Of a stretch of 64,000 nt of DNA, positions 1 through 11,900 are shown piece by piece. The position numbers were made by a program, and so were the translations under genes. The notes beneath the pieces are model-generated. The model was not told the DNA's origin. It searched no databases and saw nothing but the letters and a program-made list of their open reading frames with translations. Source of the DNA: Tubiluchus corallicola (Eukaryota; Animalia; Priapulida); contig JAQGDQ010000013.1 in NCBI GenBank assembly GCA_030141605.1, positions 572,447-636,446 of the forward strand. The letters are read 5' to 3'. Numbering within the stretch: the first letter of the stretch is position 1; each line of letters starts with the position of its first letter.

Positions 1-765
1 ACACAGGGTGAGCGAGTGGAATATTCTAGAGGCATGCAGGCCTTTTTATTAGTGGCTGCCAGAAGAAATAAAAATTCCAATAAACATTCCAGTAAACTTT
101 GTTTTGATTAAGGAGGTTTAATAAATTATACTACGCTAATATACATTATGAAACCTCTTTGGGGGCTTGGGCTGAGCACCGAGCAGCTGACTGTTTCGCA
201 GTAGCGTGTGCTAAATAAATAAAAAGATATCACCTATTGGATTTACAGAATAATCTAGAGAACGGAATCACGAAGCTACCGTACTAGTTCTGCTTACAAT
301 TTACAAACTTACGAAAGTCTTATAATTAGTAAATTTCAGAAGAGCTTAGCGCTCCGAAATTTTCAGTAAATTGCCAAAATTGGCGGTTCTGTTCATGAAC
401 TTAAAAGCAACCCAAGGTTAAGGTAAGGCTAACTTACTTAGAACCGCAACTATCAATCGTTTTCAGTGTTCTAAGACACCTTGAATAAATGGTATGGTTG
501 ATGAAAAAATGATATTAATGCAGAGAAACCACATTACATCATTAGGTGCCGCTAAAACGAATGAAACGTCGCATTAATATACATTTACAAATAGGCCTAT
601 CTAGTAATAAATGCTAGTAGAATGCAATTATAAACAAATCGCTAACATGGTATATCGTTAATTTTACCACATTATCTATCCTTAGGTTGCCTACTTGGTA
701 GAGGAGTGTCAAGATTAATCTTATCTTTTTTAGTTGCAAGTCTCTTCAAATGTTAACTTATTGAA

Positions 766-2181
766 ATGGGGAAGACCACAAAAAAGATCAAAAAATCCAG
801 AGTGGCAACTCGGAAGAAAGTTGATTTAGCGGTAAGATATATTCTTGATTCCATGTGTATTGACTTCCAGAAGTGATTACAGTTTGTAGCGAATAGTAAA
901 TTTTCATTTTCAATAGTAGTGACAATAAGTAATTATTGTTACTGGCATACTACAGTTGAATGCTGGTAATACGATTCGGCTTGTATTGAAACTCTCAGTA
1001 CAATGATGATTTTATTATGGCCTCGCCACGGTTTATAATAAATCCTATGCAGTCACTGATGGTTAATATGAAACTCATCACTACACGCTGTTTTATATGG
1101 CATTTTTCATATTCCCGTCAATATGAACTCAATATAAAAAACCACTTGGAATACAATTTCTGGTGTGCCCGCCCCGTATAGACACTCTTCACTTGTTGCT
1201 AACCGTGACGATAACTCAGTAGATTGTTTTTGCAACTCAATACACATCATAACATAATGCATATACATAGTATCATGGCTAGGCCTACTGTTGATTTAAT
1301 CAATTAACTGTATAGATTAAAATGACACCAGTCAAATTATTAATTTCCAGAAAGACTTAGGCTTTCCACTCTGATAAAAATTTGACATTGTGGTTTAAAT
1401 TAGCCTATGTTTATTACTACCGGCTACTTACAGGTATCCAATTATACATGTACTATCGACTCACTGGCAGTTTGCTGTTTGTAATTTGTACTTGTGGGAA
1501 ATGAGGGTTAAACTAACTTAGATTACGTTCACTAATTAAAAGATAACAATGTAGAGGTTACAGGTGTCATATAATTTTTGTACCTTAGATAAAAATAACA
1601 GTAGGAGTTACTAGAAGTGTACGTAATGATTACTACGAAACATGCTTAATACGAAAAAATATCTGGGTCCCGTAAAAATCTTATTACTGGGATTCAACTA
1701 TATCATCCCACATAAAAGTTCTACAGTGTATACTTTGTGTATTTATCTCTAGGTAAAAAAAGAAGAACCCGACTTTCTCGGTCCAGAAGATTCCATCATT
1801 AGCGATGATGAGCTCGTGTTCTTACCGGTTCGAGAACTGAATAAACTTCTAAAAGGTCATCCGCGAAACAAAGTAATTTCGTTAAAACAAAGACGAAGAA
1901 CATTGAAAAATCGCGGCTATGCGGCTAGTTGCCGGACAAAACGAGTGGAGAAGATAGACACATTGCAAGAGCAAAAAGATAAATTGGACAAGGAAATACT
2001 GGACCTGCAGAAAAACAATGAACACGTTAGTGCTGAACTTAATGCTGTCGAGTCAAAGTATGAAGCGTTACTTCAGTTTGCTAACGGAAATGGTATTACT
2101 GAAGTTCCTGTGGCTGTTTTAAACCACGAAACAGCTGCAAAAACACGAAGTAGTAAAAAACTAATCAGTTTAAACAAATAA
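766..2181 (+). CDS. MAFK: Small Maf bZIP transcription factor (MafK/MafG-like), 2 coding exons: 766-831 and 1753-2181
   Basis: Exon 1 [22 protein letters not shown] ends at a GTAAG donor. The acceptor ctctag at 1752 leads in phase 0 into VKKEEPD...[20 protein letters not shown]...[21 protein letters not shown], the Maf extended homology region plus basic region, followed by a leucine zipper. There is no transactivation domain, so it is a small Maf. An intron just before VKKE matches the vertebrate small Maf gene structure. Confidence 0.93.
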
Positions 2182-2469
2182 TGTAAAGCAGCACTACGAT
2201 TACTGTGATGATTTGTAGGTTTTTCACAATTGTATGTAAACAGTCATAATATTAAATATATTATTTAGGAATTTGTGTCAAAAATGGGTCCTAATTACTT
2301 TAATGGCAATCGACAGATCACAAGCCATGTTTAGCCATGCCCAACTTGATGACGAAACACACATGCTCACTCCCTCACTGCAAGTGCTTACAGCATGCAA
2401 ATAAACTGGAAATTACATGGAAAAAATTTTACTAATACATTTGGTATGGGTAAATTTCATCCTAGTAAT

Positions 2470-2660
2470 TGTGGTATGAGGAAAGTTTGGTACTGGGAAA
2501 ATTGGATACAGGGAAAATGTGGTACTGGTAAAGTTTAAATCAGTACTGGCAAAGGTTGGCAAGCTTTTTCGGTACAAGTAAATATTGTACAAAGTAAAAA
2601 TGGTACAGAACAGATGCTAGGAAAGTTTAGTACAGAGAAAGTATGGTACAAGGAAAGTGT
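2470..2660. repeat. Degenerate short-unit repeat (GGTAC-containing units)
   Basis: About 10 recurrences of (t)ggtac(a/t)-ggnaaa motifs at roughly 15-20 bp spacing. Confidence 0.45.
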
Positions 2661-3399
2661 CTTTTATAAAATCTACAAATTGATCATACGTTTAAGATCA
2701 TATTATGAATGATCAGTCTTGAAGACTTATGCAAGCAATATTAGGGTTTAAACAACATAAGTTAATTACCCCAGATAAACTGTTAATAACAAATAAGAGG
2801 TCTGCCAAATACTGGAAGTTTGGAATATTGCCCAAATTTCCTTTATAAGCAGCAACTGTTACTACTTTCAAACCACTCAAGTTTTCTAGAATGATCATCA
2901 ACATGAAGGAAGTACCTGATCATCGCAGCTCTCTTTGCTGTCGCTGCTGCTGCTGCTGAATATGGTCTGAATAAAGACAGGCCGCGATGGCCTCGTCTAC
3001 CAGTTCATAACTGTTGTTGCACATTTATCTTGCTTTTTCCTCACTTGTTTCAGTCGTATACAACTTAAAGATGAAACATTAAACATGCAACCAGGCGAAG
3101 TCTTTGATAAACTTAATGATAAACTCTGGACAAGAAAATGAACAATCCCAAGTCAACATATAGTGCAATGGTAAGCGTTAGTACTGGTTTAGTAAACAAC
3201 ACAATAGTAAAGGGCAGTCATGTAGCCATCAAAAAAGTGCCATATCGATCCTAACCGCACAGTAACAATTGATAATGTTAAAGATCCACACATAGCTAAT
3301 AACAGTGCAATTATAACGAAAAATGTGTGTGAACACTTCCCTCACACTAAGTTTGATTCAGCCTTTAGGACTTCGAAAGGCAAGATTCAAATACAGCTT

Positions 3400-3908
3400 T
3401 GCGATACCGAAACACAATAATAAGCAACTGGGAACCCTACTATCTCAGGACAAACGCTAATGTGAGAAAGCCAGTTAAATAACACCTGGGGTTATTAAAA
3501 GACTGTGTGATTCAGAGACTTCGCTAAGTGATGATGAGTTACTAGCTGATCTTAAAGAAGCTGAAATTGTTTAATGTTTAAAAGGAAAAGTGATACAGTA
3601 AAGGTTGAGTTTGCATTGAAAGTAGACCCTGACAATACTATGAAAAATGATATACCAGTAGGAAAAAGTGTTCAATGCTAAACAAAGTCCTCTACGATGC
3701 TGTAACTGTCAGAAATTTCGACATGTATCCCAGTGGTGTGACCAACCTGTTAAATGCGGGAAATGTGCAGGAAATGATGGAACCGCTAGTTGCAATGCAG
3801 ATAAAAAACAATGTGCTGACTGCAAAAAAATCACATGAAGCCTGGAGCCGGGAATGTAAGGTATATTTAGACGAGGTGGTACGGCTTAAACAAAATAACT
3901 CACCATGA
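3400..3908 (+). mobile_element. Decayed non-LTR retrotransposon ORF1 (gag-like, CCHC zinc knuckles)
   Basis: An alternative frame reads PLRCCNCQKFRHVSQWC...KCGKCAG...CADCK and shifts into HEAWSRECKVY, three zinc-knuckle remnants typical of Jockey/I-type ORF1. It is frameshifted. Confidence 0.6.
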
Positions 3909-4359
3909 AATGTAATAGGTGTAAAAATCCAACTCGTTTAAATGGCAAAAAACTCGAGGTTCCCTTTGCTTCAATAACTAGCATTTAAATTGCACGCATA
4001 TCTACCTCACAGATTGTAATACAGTGGAAAATGAAACCAGGACGTGTGAAGTGTGTAATGACGAATTATTTATTTTAATCAGTTAGATAATGATTACAAT
4101 TTCTTAAGCGCGATTTAATTATCACACTACGTAGTAGATAGGTTGTTAGTACGTGTTATTCAAGAAACACTCATTTGAAACTTTTGCATATGGTGTAATG
4201 CATCAAGCATACTAAAATTATTGTAATGATTACAAAATAAATGTATTGTATAATTGAGTGCTAGTGAATTATAGCATTGTTTAAAACAAACACTTACATG
4301 TTAATTAAAAACAGTCTTTAAATAAACAATAAAACAAATGATTACACTAGTTAAAAATG

Positions 4360-4745
4360 TCTTTCCAACGCTAGGTGGCAGGTTTTGGGACATTCGTTTA
4401 GGCAAATGTCTGACAATGTTTGACATAATTTTTCGTTATCGTTGAATTGATTAAAAAGATTTTTGAGTTTAAATACTGGAATAACAAAGTACGAATATCA
4501 TCATAAAGTGGACAATGCAATAAAACGTGACTTTCATACTCGACCATTAATTGATCACAAAAATAACACAATGTTTGATCTTCTGGCATATTAGTGTACT
4601 TTCAAATATCTAACATAATGGGAGCAGCTCCACATCTAAATTTAGCTAATGCACTTCTATGGCTTTTGGGCAAAATACTTGATACAAATAATTCAGTGTT
4701 ATAGTTCTTTTTAAAAAGCTTATAGGATCTCAGCTTATTACAGTT
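4360..4745 (-). mobile_element. LINE ORF2 3' remnant (CR1/L2-superfamily-like)
   Basis: Minus strand reads KLRSYKLFK...HRSALAKFRCGAAP...[23 protein letters not shown], the usual C-terminal zinc-binding tail of LINE ORF2. Confidence 0.7.
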
Positions 4746-4961
4746 TATTTATTTTAACAAATATTTATCGAGCATTCTAAAAAGTGCTTAGAAAAGGTAT
4801 ATGAATTACCTAAGAATTACAAAACTCTGCCTACACAAACTTTTGCACTAGGAAAAATGTAGAAGGAACTAATTTAGATAATTTACTTGGTTGGTTTGGG
4901 CACTTCATAAAGTGGCCAGGTTCTAAAGAAAACCCGGTTTTTTTCCACACTTTGCCTGAAA

Positions 4962-5900
4962 CCAGTGGTGTCGTGCCATAAGGGCCCGGGCCCCCCCAAT
5001 TTTTTTAGAAAATGTCAAAAATTTGAAGGGTGTCAGCGGCTCGTAATGCGACCGGTAAGCAAATTTATTTCCGACTTTTTGACACGCAATAGCGGGCCAG
5101 CGCTCCATAAATGCGAACAGTATGAGCATGAGTATGTGCTTACCTGAAAGTCAGGATGTAGTTAATTTGTTTGCATGTAATCTATTCAGGAGGCAGGCAG
5201 GAACAGTTAACAAAGCAGCTCGTTGAGTAGCATTAGCGTCTTTGCACAAAAGACTGTTAGTTAACAAAACTCGAGCTTCATTCAGCAGTGTGTTATAATA
5301 GAGAATAAGTGAAATAATAGAGCAAAAACAATGCAAACATTGAAGTCATGTTGAGCTAGCCTAGTACCAGAGAGTCAGTTTGTCGAGCTAGCCTAGTACC
5401 AGAGAGTGGGTTTGGGAGATACAAATTGATGAGCCACGGCTCAGCCACCTCCTGATTGGACATTACCGACTCTTTGCAACTCCTTAGCGACTCTTTCCCA
5501 CGAGTTTGCTGCATAAAAGGGCGTGATTTTGAGCACATTTCATCATTTTCCTCCTGCTAGGAAAATCTTTGCTAGTTTTCGCTGCGATTTTAGCTATATT
5601 TCTTAAACGATGTCAAGGCAGTCCAATCTGACTTCATTTTTCAAGTCCAACCGTGTTCCCGCAATTTGTCAAGAATGCTCTCCGCAGTACAATGAGTCAG
5701 GCACGACTGAGTGACCTGATGATCCTTGTAGTTGAGGCTGAGAAAACAAAGAATATGGACTTGAAGTCTGTGGTTGAGCTCTTCTGGAGTGATGTTCTGC
5801 GTCGGATTCCTGACAGCTAATAAATATTTAATTAAATTTTAATTTAATTTTTAATTTTAATTAAGTTTCCGTTGCTATAGCTTTAAGTTAAATGCCAGTT
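4962..5900 (+). mobile_element. Internally deleted hAT DNA transposon remnant
   Basis: It starts with a CAGTGG...gggcccgggccccccc terminus. 5668-5820 encodes VKNALRSTMSQARLSDLMILVVEAE..., the hAT C-terminal dimerisation motif. The right end was not located. Confidence 0.6.
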
Positions 5901-5943
5901 GGGAATAAATAAATCGTTCTGTTTACTGCCACGTTTTATGATG

Positions 5944-8900
5944 CTAGGAAACTGGTCTAGAAAGGAAAGGATTGCCCGTTGAGAACACGTTTTCCTTGCA
6001 GAATACTTCTAGTACTTCCCAACCTGAAAGATACGAAAAGTTTGTTAGTGCAAATAACCGTGCTACTTCTAAATAAGCACACATGTGTAACTACTCTAAA
6101 AAAATCAGAGCTACTGCTAATTAATGGAAGTTAATGTAGTTTGGTTGTCTTGTTGAAAATTTTAGCACATCATTTTGTTAATTAACAGCGGCTGTTGATT
6201 TTTTGTGGGGAGTTCGAGTTCTCCACACTGAATTGACATCAGTGCAGGCGACTATTTATTAGTTCTGCCTTTATTCTGCTAATTCCTCTTGCCTTGTAGA
6301 AAAGTAAGACCGGCTTATGGAGTATAGCCCACAAGGGAAATCATTGAATTCCAGACTGTTCTCAGATATATAAATTGATTTAGGAAATTACCTTTCTGTG
6401 GCTGATAATGGTACTTTTTCGTCCAGGCGTCTATAAGTAAGTTACTGTAGCGTTTATGTTCAAAATATTTTAAGTATTTATGAGATGTTGGACTTGGAAA
6501 GATGCGCTGGAAACCTCCACGCCTCTGATACTCGTCTTCTGTTTCTACTAGTTCACGTACGTCAGCTGGTGTGAGATCATCTAGAATATTTGAACTCACA
6601 TTCTGAAAGCAAAAAAATACTGTTACTTTTATCTATTCGGTAACAAAATTACTTGTAACATGCACTTTTTCTATAAAATAATATCGCGTAACTTGTGCCT
6701 TTTCAATTTGGAGACATTCAATTTTCAGTCGCGCAACAGAAAGTTGCAAAATCTGTAAGTGACTTAAGTCTATAAGACGGCACAGACATATGCAACATAT
6801 ATGCAACAAAGGCAAATGTGCAACTAAAAAGTAGCGCAACTAAAAGTTACAATCTGGGCTGAAGCTTTTAGTTAAGCAACTGTAATATACTGTTCTCAAT
6901 GAGAGCACGCAGATGTGCATTTTCAATTGCTCAACTTTTAGCCAAGTAAAATATTTAAGGGTAAGAAGAAGGCAGTGTCTTATGAAGTGGCATCTTCAAA
7001 TATACAAAAGACAGAACACAAATACGTATTAATTAAGATAAATCATTTTTATTGTTTTTGCTATCATCTTTTAAGAGATTTAGTAACAAATTCAGAAACT
7101 GGAGAGCAAAAATTTAATACAAAGTTTTCAAAGTGCATGATCACCTCATGAGTCCACATCTCAACACAATCAATAAATTTTTGCTGCCCACAGCTAAGTT
7201 TTTCCTACTGTGTCTTGTGAACGCCGTCCGCTTTGTAAAGAGCGATTTCCCGTGAAACCTCTCCTTGTGGCGACTGTGTATCGTACTTTAACATTGTGTC
7301 ACTGACCTTACCACCGGAAGTATTCTGGAAGCTGTTATACTAGCCAATAAGATGAACATTAGAATGTGTCTTAGTTTACCTTATTGTTAACCTTATTATT
7401 ATTATTAGTTAAACTTATTGTGTTCGTCAGTGTACTATGTTCAATATACTATATGATCACATATGCTAAACAAGACTTTGTGTTTTATACTTCAACACAC
7501 GGCGATAATTGTAGTGAACAGCTAGTACAGAAGTACAAAACCATATCATTATTAATGGTAACGAACAAAGACTTCATTCATTATTATTGATACCTAGCTA
7601 CCAAACACCATCGTCATTACTTAATTATACACCTGGTCGGTCACTCAAGCTCCATACTCCTGTACTCAGTGCGTCACTCCACTTTTATACAATTTTGTTC
7701 GTAATGTATGCTAGTACATCACAGTTGCTACACCAGTCACCTAGGCCCCATACTCCTGTGCTCTGTGAGCCGTCTCCACTTTTTATCTAAACTTTGTTCG
7801 TAATGTATGCTAGTACATTTCAGATGCTACACGAGTCACCTAGGCCCCCATACTCCTGTGCTCTGTGCTCTGTGCGTCGTCTTCACTTTTTATGCAATTT
7901 TTGATCGTAATGTATGCTAGCGCTGCACGGCTGAGCTTCTGACATATTGTGTTATAAAACATGCCTACATAACTTATATAGAGCAGTAAGAGAAGCCCAA
8001 AGATAAGAGTTGTTTCTCTGAGCCTGAAGTAACTTTTTCACCACTTAATGTCCAAATAGGTAATGTACAGCTCAATAAACAGCAGGTCATCAAAGCTGTT
8101 TGGACTCGTTCCAAATATGTAAAAAATTTACATAGAATCTATCAAATAGTCTTTTCAGTAATTGTTGTTGGGTAAGCCCATGTATTTCCGGTGTCTATTT
8201 GTCCTTTTATCAATTAATAATGCACAGATGCCATCTGATCACCGAAGTTCAGCAATGTAGAGCCTGGTTAGTACTTGGATGGGTGACCGCCTAGGAATAC
8301 CAGGTGCTGCAGGCTTGCGGGATGCCCACTCTGTATCTCGACACTAGGCGGAGGAGTTGCAAAAGCAGCCAACGGCTAGAGGGTGGAGGAGGTCAAGTGA
8401 CCCAATGGCCATGTGTAGAGGAGTAAACCTTCCAAATCAGGAGTGAAGCCCCGAAGGCAGACTAGTGCAGCATGCTCATTGACTCCGGCAGCTCCTGCAG
8501 CCAACCTGGTGCCAAACGTATCGCTCCGCTTTCCTTTGGACTACACCAGCGAGGAAGAGAGGGGGTTCCTGTTGTCTGGGCAACTCAGGATCTCCATACA
8601 ACTTGCCCAGACGTGCGCCCTGGAGACGTTCAAGGATCGCACTGCTCAGCCACAGTCGACGCTGCAGCTCCATCAATGTGATCAATAACTGACTCTCTTG
8701 GCGCACACTCCATTGTCTTCAGAGACAGAAGGATGCCAACCAATGCACAGATACATGCAACTGTTCAGGCTCCATATCACCAATTACGCAATTAAAAATT
8801 GTATGTCTGAGCGCCCGGTTTTGGTACACCAGTAAACTTGCAGCGATTTTCAGTGTAAAATTTTAGCTGAGCAAGTGAATATTGCATGTCTAATAGAATT

Positions 8901-11900
8901 AGGAGTAAATCGAATCTCTTTCAGAACAAATTAACGTGTAACACTTCTTTTGTAGCAAAATTAAGTGACTACGTGTAACTGGTTCTTTTTTCGTAACAAA
9001 ATTGTGTAACTCGAACCATTTTGTAAAAAAATTAGAGTAACTCGTACCTCTGCCATAACGCTTTTCGTAAAGAATAAACGCTTTTGTTTTTCACGGATTG
9101 TAAGAGTAGAGTCTAACAAAGATGGCGGCTCAAAGACAGGTCCAACAAAACCATCAGATAAAACAGACGAATTCCTAGATAAGAAAAATGAAAAAACGTG
9201 CAAAGATTAAACAGTTTGCCCATTTGTACGCCTGATAGCTTGCTTGCTTTTTTCTATTTAATTGGCATTTGACATATACTTTTCACAATCATCTTCATCA
9301 CTGCTGCTACCGTCGTCGTCGTGATCATCATCATCATCTATTACTGCATTTGTCCATTTATGTTTCTTTGGCTGTACCACATTGTCTACATGTTTCATCT
9401 AATATAGCCTATAAGCAGGTGTAATAATATCTGAATTTCAGGTCAATGAGTGAAAATCAGTGGTTATTTTTTATATTACAAATTGCTATAAAAAGTTAGA
9501 AACCGGGTCAGACCGGGAGGCCTCGCCCAATTGACCAGGCAGGTAGCTCACTGGCAGTTGACCGGGTCCGTTCCAACTCTGATCACAATTGCTAATATTC
9601 ACGCGCATACTATGTCAGCCAACACAGGCATACGTAATTGTAGTGTTTTGAAATACGTACTAGAGAATAATTTACAAGACTCACCTTACAGTGGTCATAC
9701 TGAACAGAAGTTTTCCGGATAATGACTGTTTTGGTATTCGATGTCCAACAATGTTAAAAACATCTCGTGCAACCGGTCCAGAAACACTTCTGCTTAACGC
9801 TGTAGTCGCAGATAACCTGTTTTATGTGAGAAAAAGTCGACAGTTAGTCATGGTTTAATATCTGCAGTAACGTCAACCTAAATTATAGTTTAAAATTGCA
9901 GTGTAAGCTGATTGCTAACTGTGATACAAGGTCTAGGACACAAGGTCTAGTAAACTAACTAGACTTTGGACTTTCGTAGTATTTATGGTCTTTCTAAATT
10001 TTCTACAACTTCTATTCAAAACTTTAATGATAGTAAATAATTAACAATTGACGATCTTGTTAAGTGCAATATTGCTGCATTCATGCTCAAAACCCATTTT
10101 AATTTCATTTCGCACTTTTTCATAAATCCTATAAACAAATATATCAAACACCATAGCGCTAGCCATAACGAATACTATGTCAAATATTGCAGAACCAAAG
10201 TTGCTAAACATTTTATTTCTTTTGTAGGTCCCAATATTTGGAATTCTACTCCTTGTAATATTAGAACAATATCACGAATACCTAGATTTAAGAAGGAGAT
10301 GAAAATTTTTCTCTTAAATATGCATTAGGTATATTTGGCCTTGAGCTATTCCTCTCTTATTGCTTACCATGTTGGTTGCCACTCACAGTCCGTCCTTGTT
10401 CATAACACACTTGTACTTGATGAAGCCATTTCAATGCATTTTCATCAGTATCACATCATCATTTCTTTGCATTTTTTACAATTTTTAGCTTTCTTACCTA
10501 TTTTACTGTCATCTCAGCCCTTTCATTGTTCATGTCTTTTACTCTGTCCCTAATACCCAACAATAAACGATGCATTGCAGTTGGGCTTTTCAAGTCCTAA
10601 CTTCTAGCACAGCTGTAAGCAGTTGCTTATTAATTATTCATTTATTAACAGATCACTTAACAAGTAATTTACTTATTCATTTATTAACAGATCACTTAAC
10701 AAGTTATTTACTTATTCACTTATTAACGGATCACTTAACAAGTAATTTACTTATTCATTTATTAACGGATAACTTAACAAGTAATTTACTTATTCACTTA
10801 TTAACGGATCACTTAACAAGTAATTTACTTATTCATTTATTAACAGATCACTTAACAAGTAATTTACTTATTCATTTATTAACAGATCACTTAACAAGTA
10901 ATTTACTTATTCATTTATTAACAGATCACTTAACAAGTAATTTACTTATTCACTTATTAACAGATCACTTAACAAGTAATTTACTTATTCATTTATTAAC
11001 AGATCACTTAACAAGTAATTTACTTATTCACTTAACAGATCACTTAACAAGTAATTTACTTATTCATTTATTAACAGATCACTTAACAAGTAATTTACTT
11101 ATTCACTTATTAACAGATCACTTAACAAGTAATTTACTTATTCACTTATTAACAGATCACTTAACAAGTAATTTACTTATTCACTTATTAACAGATCACT
11201 TAACAAGTAATTTACTTATTCACTTACTAACAGATTACTTAACAAGTCATTTACTTATTCACTTATTAACAGATCACTTAACAAGTAATTTACTTATTCA
11301 CTTATTAACAGATCACTTAACAAGTAATTTACTTATTCACTTATTAACAGATCACTTAACAAGTAATTTACTTATTCACTTATTAACAGATCACTTAACA
11401 AGTAATTTACTTATTCACTTATTAACAGATCACTTAACAAATAATTGTCAGGAATTTTGCTTTCATTTTGTTTGCTATTATGCACTGTACATAATTGTAA
11501 TGGTGTTTTTCCCTAATAAACAATAAAAAACATCCAACATACATTGACTTTGGGGGTTATGCAATGTACATAATTGTAATGGTGTTTTTCTTTAATAAAC
11601 AATAAAAAAACATCGAACAAAACAAGAGCTCGTTCTATTGTGAAACATTCTTCCAGCTGTTGGTTTTACTTACCCAGGATAATGATTGAATTCTAACAAC
11701 CACAGATTCAATTTATCGTCTATTATAAAATCCACTCCATAGAGTTCATAGAAAGCATGGGGAACGGACGACAGTGTGTTGATCATCTTGTAAAGAATTC
11801 TTTCAAAGCTACAAAAAGTTAGAAACACCGTGAGTTGTTGTCTCAAAAGGCAAGTGTCACTTTGTCATGATAAAATCTTCCTCAGAGCAATTCCTCGTCA

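Noticed and set aside
766-2181. Small Maf as a member of the enzyme cluster
   Set aside because: Only convergent adjacency links it, and no convincing full MARE was seen in the cluster promoters.
7145-7340. Possible extra TTLL-A exon
   Set aside because: Exons 9174-9048 and 6602-6392 already join in frame, and this stretch shows no TTLL similarity.
8230-8316. Functional 5S rRNA gene
   Set aside because: The first 30-35 nt are missing, there is no T-run terminator, and it is fused to a body inside a TSD.
10570-11526. 318-aa [16 protein letters not shown]
   Set aside because: It is the translation of a 39-bp minisatellite in an intron, with no unique coding sequence.
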